From a virus (taxonomy: Duplodnaviria > Caudoviricetes), in IMG/VR virus record IMGVR_UViG_2627853746_000004, positions 15,274 through 79,273 of that record: 64,000 nucleotides of DNA; one strand, given 5' to 3'. Position 1 is the first letter of the stretch. Each line of letters opens with the position of its first letter. The notes under the pieces are model-generated. The model saw nothing but the letters and a program-made list of their open reading frames with translations, was not told the origin of the DNA and did not search any database. This document shows, in pieces, positions 1 through 9,319 of this stretch. The translations under genes and the position numbers were made by a program.

Positions 1-68
1 GATCCGAATCAACTGCAGCTGGTGCTTAACGAGAATGTATTGACCACACCGAAACCCGAGGTGATCAA

Positions 69-1991
69 GTGAAGACAGAATATACAGCAGCGTACTTATT
101 CGGAGGTATCGGTGGGGGAGCGCTCGGGTTCAAGGGGGCCAGAGCTGAGTACATGAACAAAGTCGCTCACTTCCGCAGCCTATGCAGCATCGATTCCGAT
201 CCCATAGTTTGCCGAAATTACGAACAGATTACAGGAGGCAGGGCTGTTCAAATGGATTTGTTCAATCGACAGCAATATCTTGATTTCCACGGAGTAGATG
301 AGCCTCCAACAGTTTGGCATGAGGCGGAAGCTTGGGATATCTGGAAAGCTTTTGGCGAAGAAGTTCCGGATGTTATTTTCACTTCACCACCTTGTAAAGG
401 GTTCAGTGGTTTGCTCCCGGAGAAGTCAGCCAGCAGCAAAAAGTATCAGGCGCTGAATCTCTTAACAATTCGAGGAATCGATCTCTCCTTGCGGGCCTGC
501 CGGGATTACGGCGGCGAACTTCCTGCGCTGTTCTTACTTGAAAATGTTCCGCGCATTATGACGAGAGGGAAGCACATCCTCAAAAAGATCAAGGACACTC
601 TCATCAAATACGGATATGCGGTCAATGATGAAACTCACGACTGCGGAGAAATCGGCGGATTAGGGCAACATCGCAAGCGGTACTTGCTTATAGCCAGAAA
701 TGAGAAGCGCATGCCGGCCTTTGTGTATAAGCCAGAGGTTAAGCCTTTGAAAACTATCGGTGATGTAATAGGACACCTGCCGATGCCTGGGGATGAAGTA
801 AACGGAGGACCAATGAATCGCCTCCCAATGCTTCAGCGGAAGACATGGGAACGGTTAGCCTTTATCCCGGCTGGTGGTGATTGGCGAGATCTTGAAGGCA
901 TTGAGTTTGAAAAGTACAGGCTCGAACACGAACCCCGTGCCGGAGCATGGGCAGTTGATGAATGGGATAAGCCAGGGAGAACAGTAACGGGCGGCGCGGG
1001 TGTTGGTAGGAGTAACGGCCTGTCGGCGGTAAACGACCCAAGAACGGGCTTCAAGAACGGCACGCACCCAACTATATACCGTGTGTCAAAATATGATGAG
1101 GTGAGCCCGACAGTAACCGGCGCAGCGCGTCCCAACAATGGAGCACTATCTGTAGGTGATCCAAGGCTCAACGATCGAGAGGGAAGGCATCCCGGAGTTT
1201 ATCGGATTGTGCGATGCGATGAACCAGCCCCTTGCGTAACAGGAACAAGATTTGGTAGTGGAGCATTAGCTATTGCCGATCCTCGTACCCCTGGGGATCA
1301 CTACGATGGTGATTACAACAGAGTGGATGGGTATGGAGTGCAGGACTGGGATAAGACCTCAAAGACGGTCAGAGGCGCAGCCAGGATAATGAATTCTGCT
1401 TCATCTGTAGCAGACCCGAGGCTGAATACAAGGAGTCAACGCTATCCCGGAACATTCCGAGTGGAAGACTGGGATGAAGCAGCAAATACAGTCCTTGGGC
1501 AGACAGACGTTCAATGCGGCGCTGCATCGATTAATGATCCGAGACTGGGATGCAAGCCGAGATCAGGATCTTATGGTGTACAAAAGTGGGATGAAACGGG
1601 CACTACAGTAACAGGTTCTGGAGACGTGCATTCCGGTAATGCAGCTATTGCAGATCCGCGAATACCGGAATATAACGAGCGTTGTGTAATGATGATCATT
1701 TCTGTGGATGGGACTTGGCACAGGCCGTTTACAACGTATGAGTTGGCGGTCGGTCTGCAAGGGTTTCCGAAATACTTGCTTGACGGTAGGCCGTTTCAGA
1801 TTGACGGTTGCAGCGATGCTAAGGCAAGAGAGTATGTGGGCAATGCCGTTCCCCCGGATGCTGCAGAGGGGATGGCAAATGTAATCCTCATGGCAATGGT
1901 AATGTCAGAGCATGGCGTGAGTTTTGAGATGAGTTGGAATCTAGTGTGGGTACAACCTGAACTGAAACAAGAAATTGCACTTATTCACTGA
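69..1991 (+). CDS. DNA cytosine-C5 methyltransferase with tandem internal repeats
   Basis: Motif I LFGGIGG, IV SPPCKGFS, VI ENV, VIII QHRKR, X GNAVPP; six repeats ending in DPR in the variable region; SD GAGGTG before GTG. Confidence 0.92.
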   Translation: MKTEYTAAYLFGGIGGGALGFKGARAEYMNKVAHFRSLCSIDSDPIVCRNYEQITGGRAVQMDLFNRQQYLDFHGVDEPPTVWHEAEAWDIWKAFGEEVPDVIFTSPPCKGFSGLLPEKSASSKKYQALNLLTIRGIDLSLRACRDYGGELPALFLLENVPRIMTRGKHILKKIKDTLIKYGYAVNDETHDCGEIGGLGQHRKRYLLIARNEKRMPAFVYKPEVKPLKTIGDVIGHLPMPGDEVNGGPMNRLPMLQRKTWERLAFIPAGGDWRDLEGIEFEKYRLEHEPRAGAWAVDEWDKPGRTVTGGAGVGRSNGLSAVNDPRTGFKNGTHPTIYRVSKYDEVSPTVTGAARPNNGALSVGDPRLNDREGRHPGVYRIVRCDEPAPCVTGTRFGSGALAIADPRTPGDHYDGDYNRVDGYGVQDWDKTSKTVRGAARIMNSASSVADPRLNTRSQRYPGTFRVEDWDEAANTVLGQTDVQCGAASINDPRLGCKPRSGSYGVQKWDETGTTVTGSGDVHSGNAAIADPRIPEYNERCVMMIISVDGTWHRPFTTYELAVGLQGFPKYLLDGRPFQIDGCSDAKAREYVGNAVPPDAAEGMANVILMAMVMSEHGVSFEMSWNLVWVQPELKQEIALIH

Positions 1992-2017
1992 TCAGTAAAA
2001 AAAGGAGCATAGAGGAT

Positions 2018-2224
2018 TTATTCCTCTTGCTCCTTATCAAACAAATCTTCAATTGATACTCCCAAAGCTTCTGATATAGAGAATAAATGACTTGCCTCGT
2101 GTCTTGAGTTCTTATCAAACCGGCTCAGTGATCCTTGAGGAACGCCGGATTTTTCAGACAGTTGCATTTGAGTCATATCACGTTCTTTTAGCAGCTCATT
2201 TAGTTTAGGGCGTACTTTCTTCAA
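2018..2224 (-). CDS. Cro/C1-type HTH regulator
   Basis: LNELLKERDMTQMQLSEKSGVPQGSLSRF...ISEALGVSIEDLF; start placed at TTG 2224 after SD GAGGTG. Confidence 0.88.
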   Translation of the reverse strand: MKKVRPKLNELLKERDMTQMQLSEKSGVPQGSLSRFDKNSRHEASHLFSISEALGVSIEDLFDKEQEE

Positions 2225-2246
2225 ATATATCACCTCTTATAGCGAG

Positions 2247-2346
2247 TATACGATAACGAATATTTTTCCGCAAGATCCATTGACCTATTATTCGATATCG
2301 TATATTATTGAGTTACAGACAAATATACGAAATGCGATAACGAATA
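2247..2346. promoter_or_regulatory. Three 16-bp operator-like boxes in a divergent promoter region
   Basis: TATACGATAACGAATA (2247), inverted TATTCGATATCGTATA (2289), AATGCGATAACGAATA (2331); TTGACC(2280)-N17-TATTAT spans box 2. Confidence 0.7.
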
Positions 2347-2391
2347 AAATTCATGAGGAAAATTTTCCTTAGGTGCAGGGGAGTGAATGCT

Positions 2392-2565
2392 TTGACTAAA
2401 AAGAAACTTGATTTATCGGAACTTGACGATCAGCCGCAGGAAATCAGAGAAGCAATTGCATTTTATGCTGCTCACACCGTCTTACCAATTCATTTCACCG
2501 CAGCTGAGCGCGAACGGCATTATCAAACGCTGGAACAGGCTGGCTATTTGGAGGGAATTTATTGA
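2392..2565 (+). CDS. Small hypothetical protein
   Basis: ORF track; start moved to TTG after SD GGGGAG. Confidence 0.6.
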   Translation: MTKKKLDLSELDDQPQEIREAIAFYAAHTVLPIHFTAAERERHYQTLEQAGYLEGIY

Positions 2566-2637
2566 AACCGTAGTAACAGCGCGGCGGAACAACATTGTTA
2601 TAGCCCTAAAATAGAAATATAGGAGGTGTAAAAGAGC

Positions 2638-3315
2638 ATGGGAGAGCATCAGACATTTTGGAAACCGGTCAAGGAAGTTAAGGAGAAAAAGACCTATAGC
2701 AGTCTGGGGTCAAGTAAATCCAAGGCTAAGAAGGAAGTTCCAGAATGGAAGAAGGATCTCCTTGCTCATCACAAATCAGGACAGAGTTCGAAAGATCGGT
2801 GTGATTTTACAGATGAAGTAGTTGCTGAGCTCATTGCTGAACAAGGTGAAATATGCCCGTGCTGTAAGCTTGCGGCATCAAATACTACACACCATGTCTG
2901 GCCTAGAGGCCGGAAGGGCCGGGGAGTCAAGACAAACGGCCTCAGAGTTTGCTGGCCTTGCCACGATAAGATCCAAACGACCGATGAACTCCTTCAATAT
3001 TGGATTTCAGTATACCGTGAGAAATATGGAGATCATTTTTACTTTGACGAAAAAGACTGGGAAGAATTCAACCACAAGCAAAACGCCCAGCAACAGAAAG
3101 AACGCGAGAAACAGGAACGGCATAACCAGATTAAACCAGTTGTTGATTTGCTCTCAGCAGCAGCCGGACGAAATCTCAAAGCAACTGAAATACGCTTACT
3201 GCAGTCTTTCGAGGATAAGGATATGGCGATATTCGCCAGTATGATGGCTGATGCATTGGGAAGAGCGGCAGAGCCAGCGCCGGTCTATAGTTACGGTGAA
3301 CGGTTCGAAGATTAA
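2638..3315 (+). CDS. HNH-domain protein
   Basis: CPCC...THHVWPRGRKGRG...NGLRVCWPCHDKI; SD AGGAGGTG. Confidence 0.8.
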   Translation: MGEHQTFWKPVKEVKEKKTYSSLGSSKSKAKKEVPEWKKDLLAHHKSGQSSKDRCDFTDEVVAELIAEQGEICPCCKLAASNTTHHVWPRGRKGRGVKTNGLRVCWPCHDKIQTTDELLQYWISVYREKYGDHFYFDEKDWEEFNHKQNAQQQKEREKQERHNQIKPVVDLLSAAAGRNLKATEIRLLQSFEDKDMAIFASMMADALGRAAEPAPVYSYGERFED

Positions 3316-3329
3316 GGAGGTACAGAACT

Positions 3330-3923
3330 TTGAAGAAGCTTCCAACAAAACGAATAAGGGATAGCCATCCTCAGCTCGGTACAAAAGAGGAGTGCTACCA
3401 GAATCACTATAAGATGGTTCATGAGGTTGCGAAGAAATTCGGACACTTGAGATTCCAAGGCATTGATCCGGACGATTTAGTCAGCGAGGGAACCATTGGA
3501 CTATTGATGGCTTATGACAGATTCGACCCCGGCAAAACATCGGCTAAGAAGTTTTCAACGTTTGCCTATCCATATATTAATGGTTTTATCCTTAGGTACT
3601 TGGAGACCAGGGCACAATTAATTCACATCCCATTTCATTCAGGCTTGCAACCCAAATCAATCACAAGGTTAGATCGAATGATCAAATTCAAGGATGGAAC
3701 TGAGCTAGGATTGGCGGAAACAATCGCAGATGAAGAAGATGATACGGAGTTTGCGGTTAATCAGTTCATTTGTGCTCTGACTCCGGTGGAGCAAGAGACT
3801 GTAAGAATGATGATGGATGGTTACTTACATCGTGAGATCGGAAAAGCGGTAGGAGTATCAGCGAACACCATAGGCCAATACAAAAATAGAATTGCACAGA
3901 AGTACACTCAGATTGCACAGTAA
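3330..3923 (+). CDS. Phage sigma-70 family RNA polymerase sigma factor
   Basis: Region 2 DLVSEGTIGLLMAYDRFDP...KFSTFAYPYING; region 4 HTH (REIGKAVGVSANTI). Confidence 0.88.
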   Translation: MKKLPTKRIRDSHPQLGTKEECYQNHYKMVHEVAKKFGHLRFQGIDPDDLVSEGTIGLLMAYDRFDPGKTSAKKFSTFAYPYINGFILRYLETRAQLIHIPFHSGLQPKSITRLDRMIKFKDGTELGLAETIADEEDDTEFAVNQFICALTPVEQETVRMMMDGYLHREIGKAVGVSANTIGQYKNRIAQKYTQIAQ

Positions 3924-3997
3924 TAAATTAATTAATTCATATAACAACGAACAAAAGTTAATTAGGGCATAGCCCCTATAAGGAGAGAACGAACAGT

Positions 3998-5173
3998 ATG
4001 AAAGATAATGATAAATATTTCGAAGACAGTCTCGCTTCTCAGGGAACAAGTTTTTATCTGAGGGATGAATCAGATCATGCCTGGACAGTTATGGAACTTG
4101 TATTTGAAAAGATGAAATTGCGAGGATGGTTCATTCAGACTGATCAACGCATTTTAAGGGATTACACTTGTTTGGCAAAAGACCACTTTGAGGGGCAGAA
4201 GGGTGACCTGAAGTTTAAGGCTGAGAAATACCGTATCGGATTCAAAATTGAATTTTTCCAAGAAATAAACACCGTCAATAGCAGTGGCGGATTCTATGAC
4301 TTCGATAAATTAAAGCTCATGCCATACTTGCTTCGGTTGTCATTTCTTACTGAATTAAAACACATCAAAGAAACGTGCAAGGCAGAAGGGTATACGGATC
4401 AATCCAAGCCGGTTATAGCCAAGGCTTTCGATAAGGTGATGGACCATATTAAAAGCTCTTGCCATTACAAAGAAGGCAAAGAATTACCGGAGTACGAAGT
4501 GCCGAGCTATAACAGCAAGGATAAGGACGGCAAACGCATCCGAAACGGAGAAGTCAAGTATTTCAGAGATCATAAAGGGTGTCTGCAGCGTGGCACAGTT
4601 TACCACAATATCAACAACATGTGGTGGGTCATACTGCATGAACATAAATACAGAAATATTGCGAGTTTTGAGTTTTTTGATTTAGACAGTGATGATAACC
4701 GGAAACGAAAGCTAATTAAGAAGTCTGGTCATCACAAACCAGCAGCGCGAATTAAATTCAACGAAAGCGTGACAATGCAGATCGGCAAGGAATGTAAAAG
4801 TGCTGGCAAAGAAGGTCGCCTATTAAAAGCTAATGAAATGCTGGCGAAGCTCTATAAATTCGATTGGACTTCAAGATACTTCGCATTTGAATTAAAGGTT
4901 AACGGTCGGTTGTCGCTCGTAGAAATCGAAAGTAAAGCATGGGGAAGCCATACCGTGCATGAGAATCCGATTAAGCTGAGCTTGTATGGACGTGAACTAC
5001 CGATGTCAGGGACAGAAAGCTACTGGGTGAAAGCTCTCAGGGAATATGTGGTCCATGGCAAACGAACGATTACAGAATGGTTTTGCAAGGATAGCAACGG
5101 GCAGGGACCGGACGCTCATTACTGGCCGGAAGTGCGGAAGTTAGCCTGGGAGATAGGTGCATTAGCATCTTAA
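3998..5173 (+). CDS. Hypothetical phage protein (391 aa)
   Basis: Long ORF with SD AAGGAG; no recognised motif. Confidence 0.75.
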   Translation: MKDNDKYFEDSLASQGTSFYLRDESDHAWTVMELVFEKMKLRGWFIQTDQRILRDYTCLAKDHFEGQKGDLKFKAEKYRIGFKIEFFQEINTVNSSGGFYDFDKLKLMPYLLRLSFLTELKHIKETCKAEGYTDQSKPVIAKAFDKVMDHIKSSCHYKEGKELPEYEVPSYNSKDKDGKRIRNGEVKYFRDHKGCLQRGTVYHNINNMWWVILHEHKYRNIASFEFFDLDSDDNRKRKLIKKSGHHKPAARIKFNESVTMQIGKECKSAGKEGRLLKANEMLAKLYKFDWTSRYFAFELKVNGRLSLVEIESKAWGSHTVHENPIKLSLYGRELPMSGTESYWVKALREYVVHGKRTITEWFCKDSNGQGPDAHYWPEVRKLAWEIGALAS

Positions 5174-5260
5174 TTTACCGAAGGGATTGAGGGTTAACCA
5201 CCCTCTCCCCCTATACAAAAAAATAAGCACACAAGGTGCTTATATATAAGTGCATTTCTA

Positions 5261-5344
5261 TTAACCTTTCTTATTAATTTTTTCAATAAGAGAAATTACA
5301 ACAGTAATTAAAGCAAGAACGAACAGCCCAGTAGGTATATCCAT
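5261..5344 (-). CDS. 27-aa hydrophobic peptide, type I/holin-like toxin candidate (MDIPTGLFVLALITVVISLIEKINKKG)
   Basis: Not in ORF track; SD AGGAGGTG, one TM helix plus basic tail, own minus-strand terminator at about 5217-5243. Confidence 0.65.
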   Translation of the reverse strand: MDIPTGLFVLALITVVISLIEKINKKG

Positions 5345-5437
5345 TTAAACACCTCCTAACGTATCCCCTTTTCTAATGGTTGGCATTTTTTGCGTGAATT
5401 AAACCCTTATCTACAAAAAAATTAGGAGTTGTTTTTT

Positions 5438-5908
5438 ATGAAGGCAATAACCATCATACAGCCCTATGCGACACTGATCGCGGTCGGGGAGAAACGGCTT
5501 GAAACACGCAGCTGGCCGACCAAGCACCGGGGCGAGATCGCTATCCATGCCGGGAAGAAGATTGACAAGGATGCCTGCCAGCTGCCGGAGATTAAGGCAG
5601 CACTGGACCGACACGGACTTACCGCTGACTACCTCCCTACTGGCGCAGTGGTGGCATTAAGCTATTTGCTGGAATGCTGGAAGTGGGATGAGGCGGACGG
5701 TGTGCTTCTTCGGCACAAGCCTATTATTGAGTACGAAACTATTGGCAAGGTGTCGAACTGTTTGGAAATCAGTGACAAGGAAAAGGCGTTCGGCTGGTAC
5801 GGGTCCGGCCGCTATGCTTGGCAACTTGATAACGCCCGAATGTTGCCGGAGCCAATCCCGGCCAAGGGTCAACTTAGTTTCTGGAACTGGGAAGGATTAT
5901 CTGTTTGA
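5438..5908 (+). CDS. ASCH domain protein
   Basis: MKAITIIQPYATLIAVGEKRLETRSW...RGEIAIHAG...PIPAKGQLSFW. Confidence 0.9.
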   Translation: MKAITIIQPYATLIAVGEKRLETRSWPTKHRGEIAIHAGKKIDKDACQLPEIKAALDRHGLTADYLPTGAVVALSYLLECWKWDEADGVLLRHKPIIEYETIGKVSNCLEISDKEKAFGWYGSGRYAWQLDNARMLPEPIPAKGQLSFWNWEGLSV

Positions 5909-6174
5909 GAACAGCAGAAGAAACGCTCGAATTGCTGTTGCAGGGGATGGATAAGAGGCGGCAGTACTTACGCCGGAAGCTCCGGAGGATTGAGGGGCAC
6001 GGTACGCAGCCCCGGCGCGGGGGCGGGAGCGATCTGAACCGGCTCAAATACTCTGGGCGCGCCGGCATGTTATCGGAGCACGCAACCATCCATTGCATGT
6101 TAGAGGATATACGCAACGGCCGCCAGCACCCGGACAATTTGTATAACGAGGAGGACGACACGGACGATGATTGA
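5905..6174 (+). CDS. Hypothetical protein
   Basis: Translationally coupled ORF in the middle-gene array. Confidence 0.55.
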   Translation: MRTAEETLELLLQGMDKRRQYLRRKLRRIEGHGTQPRRGGGSDLNRLKYSGRAGMLSEHATIHCMLEDIRNGRQHPDNLYNEEDDTDDD

Positions 6175-6475
6175 TTCCCTGAAGGCTGAAAAAATCAAGG
6201 AACGCCTCACAGATCGGCAAGCCAGACGCGGGTACCTTGAGCAAGAAGAAATGGAACTTATGGAGGCTTTGGCTGATCTGAATGTTGCCCGTGTAGTGCT
6301 AGAAGTGAAAGATGACACTATTAAGTTTCTGGAAGAGTGTTTAGCAGAGGCACAACAGACCATAGCCCGGCTTACCGCCGCATTAATCGCTGAAAGAGAC
6401 GATGCCCTCATATGGGACGGTATAGGCACGGTAAATCGGATCAATAAGGTGCTGGAAGGGGAGACACAGCCATGA
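6167..6475 (+). CDS. Coiled-coil hypothetical protein
   Basis: ORF track; overlaps its neighbours. Confidence 0.6.
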   Translation: MIDSLKAEKIKERLTDRQARRGYLEQEEMELMEALADLNVARVVLEVKDDTIKFLEECLAEAQQTIARLTAALIAERDDALIWDGIGTVNRINKVLEGETQP

Positions 6476-6609
6476 CACAGGAAGTCGAGAAATGCGAACG
6501 GTGCGGGTGCAATTATCTCAAAAAGGATGACAGCGATGTATGCGGTGTTTGCCTTGTTGAACTTGAATTTGAGGATGAACTTGAGGAAGAGGACGGTGCA
6601 CAGCCATGA
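6472..6609 (+). CDS. Small Cys-rich acidic protein (MTQEVEKCERCGC...CGVC...)
   Basis: Not in ORF track; ATGA overlap with upstream stop; two CxxC motifs. Confidence 0.5.
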   Translation: MTQEVEKCERCGCNYLKKDDSDVCGVCLVELEFEDELEEEDGAQP

Positions 6610-6681
6610 CACAGGTACAGACAACAAGTTGCCCCCGAGAGAGGGCAGAGGCGGCATATATCACGCTACAGGGGGCGCAGA

Positions 6682-7017
6682 ATGAGCGAAATAACCGTTA
6701 ACTACGTCACACAAAGATCGCACTGCACATGCTGCGAACAGAGGTTACCACAGCTTAAAACTAGCAAGGTCAAGCAGTTCACAATTAAACCAGAAGATGT
6801 GACAGATTGGGCGGAATACGAATATTGGGAGAGTTCATATGTCGGACCTGAAGAATTTGCTGAAATGGTCAGAGAATTCACGAATGAAATTATCCAATTC
6901 CACGCCGCTGATATGTTTGACCTTGTTGTCATTGAAAAAACGGAACTGGATAGAATGAATGAGTTTATTGTGCGAGAAGTTTTGCATCAGGCCGAAGGCC
7001 ATCGTCCGACAGCATAA
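6682..7017 (+). CDS. Hypothetical protein
   Basis: ORF track; SD GGGGG. Confidence 0.6.
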   Translation: MSEITVNYVTQRSHCTCCEQRLPQLKTSKVKQFTIKPEDVTDWAEYEYWESSYVGPEEFAEMVREFTNEIIQFHAADMFDLVVIEKTELDRMNEFIVREVLHQAEGHRPTA

Positions 7018-7098
7018 ACCCAGGCGAACGCCGGGGGCCGAACCAGATCATTAAGGGAGTAGGAGTAACCCTCCTCTCCCACTAAGGGAGGAACAACG

Positions 7099-7311
7099 TT
7101 GAAACTTAAATACGAATGCCCACGCTGCAAGGTTAAATCGTATTCAAAGTATTGGAACGCCGAGACAATGAAGAAGTACGGAACGTACTCGGATGAAATT
7201 TGCGAAATCCAATTGCGAGAAAATAAGTCATTCCACATTTGCCCGGAGTGCAAAGCTGAATCTGAAATGTTTAAAGGTGAGTTGATTAAGGTAGGGGAGG
7301 AAGCCCAATGA
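7099..7311 (+). CDS. Zn-ribbon small protein
   Basis: CPRC...CPEC; SD GGGAGG. Confidence 0.65.
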   Translation: MKLKYECPRCKVKSYSKYWNAETMKKYGTYSDEICEIQLRENKSFHICPECKAESEMFKGELIKVGEEAQ

Positions 7312-7799
7312 CACAAAGGGACTGGAAAAAGGATGAAGCACTCTTACAACTCTGCCAAAGAACAGCAGCAGATGAAAATGAAAAGCACGCTCTAAGTATT
7401 GGTTTGCACTGGCTCCAAGAAGCCAAGACACTCCAGGAGATCGCTTCAGGCCGCGGCAGAGAAGCCCTGAGACTTAGCAAATTGCTGGGCGATCTCAACA
7501 ATGAACTGACAGCATCGGAAGAACGTGCAGACGCAGCGGAGATTAACCGGGACAAAGCCTATAACATGATTGGTCACAAAGCCCAAGAGATTGCAGAGTT
7601 ACGTACAGCACTAGGAGAGGCGGAGGCCCGGGAACAACGGCTGAAAGAGGCTGTAGAGACGATCAAAGAATTATCGAAGTGGGACGGTATCTCTCAATAT
7701 CTGGATCGCTGCTATATCGAAGCACGTGACGTTCTTGCCACTCTATACCCAGATATCCCAGCACAACCAGCAGCACCCAAGGGGGGTGGACATGATTAA
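7308..7799 (+). CDS. Coiled-coil hypothetical protein
   Basis: ATGA-coupled ORF. Confidence 0.65.
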   Translation: MTQRDWKKDEALLQLCQRTAADENEKHALSIGLHWLQEAKTLQEIASGRGREALRLSKLLGDLNNELTASEERADAAEINRDKAYNMIGHKAQEIAELRTALGEAEAREQRLKEAVETIKELSKWDGISQYLDRCYIEARDVLATLYPDIPAQPAAPKGGGHD

Positions 7800-7959
7800 A
7801 CGGTTCATCCGCCGGCAGATCATCCGATATATCCGCAGGCACTTCGGGTCATTTGAACAGGATTCAATCCATGTAGTGATTATGAGCAAGCAGGGATACT
7901 GGTTCTTTCGGAACAATGTAAATCAATATTTGAAGGTTGAGGAAGGAGATAACCAATGA
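7792..7959 (+). CDS. Small hypothetical protein (MIKRFIRRQ...)
   Basis: ATG after SD GGGGGTGG inside track ORF 7726..7959. Confidence 0.5.
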   Translation: MIKRFIRRQIIRYIRRHFGSFEQDSIHVVIMSKQGYWFFRNNVNQYLKVEEGDNQ

Positions 7960-8330
7960 CACTCACAAGGGAAGAGATACTAAGCCGGTCTCCGGGTAGA
8001 GAAATGGATCGGTGGATACAGGAGCACGTTTTCAAAGTTGATTTATCGGGGTTCCACTGGGCACGTGTTGGCAATAGTATGTTCAAAAATACGGATGGTG
8101 CTGTAACTTGGGTTGACATTCCTGACTACTCTTCGGACATATCCGCAGCATGGGAAGTGGCTGACAAGTTGAAGATTTCAATAATACCACAGTCTTTATC
8201 TGCGCCGGATAATTTAAAATATCTAGCACGAGCAGAATGGGACTTTAGACAAAATGAAATTGATGTATTTGCTGCAACGGCCCCGGAAGCCATCAGCAAG
8301 GTCGCTCTATTGATGGTATTGAAACTTTAA
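7956..8330 (+). CDS. Phage ABA-sandwich (BC1872-like) protein
   Basis: GREMD..I...VF and PDYSSDISAAWEVADKL...ATAPEAISKVAL signature. Confidence 0.7.
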   Translation: MTLTREEILSRSPGREMDRWIQEHVFKVDLSGFHWARVGNSMFKNTDGAVTWVDIPDYSSDISAAWEVADKLKISIIPQSLSAPDNLKYLARAEWDFRQNEIDVFAATAPEAISKVALLMVLKL

Positions 8331-8620
8331 CGGCCGTCAGGCCTCCGTAGCGACCGAATCAGCTTAGCGAAGCGGAGGCCGTATATGGTCTGGTACTTAA
8401 CTTATAAGGGGGCAGAGACACATTCACATTCAATTCATAGCAGAGATGCCGGATGGTGAAAAAATAAAAGGGATGATACTCGTTCTCACGACTTCAGAAG
8501 ATGCACTGCGAAATGAGAAGTGCAAGGCGGCAGTACAGACACTGTATCCAGGCGCTAAGGTACTTGGGTGGATCGAAGTAATAGTTTAGGGGGCATAGAC
8601 CCCAAAGGGAGAGGATACAC

Positions 8621-8992
8621 GTGAGAGAAAGTAAGTTCCGCGGTAAGCATGATGGAGAGTGGGTATACGGGAATTTAGTGAAAACACCATACGGACTGTA
8701 CATTATTCCACAAAATCTGATTTCAAATAGCTTACCGCAGTTTTCAATTGATCCGAAAACAGTGGGTCAATTCATCGGATTTACAGACAAGAATGGACGA
8801 GAGATTTACGGCCGCGATTTGGTAGAAGACGAAAACGGAATCGGGGAAGTTGAATGGGTGCAGGAACACTGCTCTTACCTGGTGTTCACTCGCAACCCTA
8901 GCCAATACCATAGACTTGAATCAGATGGACAACTGAGCCGAACAGCGGTAATTGGGAATGCGATAGATAATCCAGAACTACTAGAGGTATAA
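8621..8992 (+). CDS. YopX family protein
   Basis: MRESKFRGK...WVYG...TVGQFIGFTDKNGREIYGRD...VIGNAIDNPELLE. Confidence 0.9.
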   Translation: MRESKFRGKHDGEWVYGNLVKTPYGLYIIPQNLISNSLPQFSIDPKTVGQFIGFTDKNGREIYGRDLVEDENGIGEVEWVQEHCSYLVFTRNPSQYHRLESDGQLSRTAVIGNAIDNPELLEV

Positions 8993-9007
8993 GGGGGAGA
9001 AGAGGAT

Positions 9008-9319
9008 ATGAGCCGCAACCCTGAGATTGTCTACGAAATCAGCGACATTCTACAATGCTGTGCGGGCTGCCCGCAGCGTGTGGCGCTTATGAGAGAGTTT
9101 GGCAGCACGTTTTCACGGATTGATGGTTACTGTAACCGTGAATGTCCAGTAGGCGGGCTGCTGCAAATGCGAGGTAAAGAGTTAGAAAGGGGCGGGCGCG
9201 GTGAAGCGAATCATCTATGTAGCCGGAGTGAACCGGAAGCATCTGGCAGAACAAGCAAGCAGCGTCCCTTACTGGCTCCTGAGTGCTACGCTGCTGCGGA
9301 AGTACCCATCATGGCTTGA
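9008..9319 (+). CDS. Zinc-finger protein
   Basis: CAGC...YCNRECPVG..LQMRGKEL. Confidence 0.6.
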   Translation: MSRNPEIVYEISDILQCCAGCPQRVALMREFGSTFSRIDGYCNRECPVGGLLQMRGKELERGGRGEANHLCSRSEPEASGRTSKQRPLLAPECYAAAEVPIMA

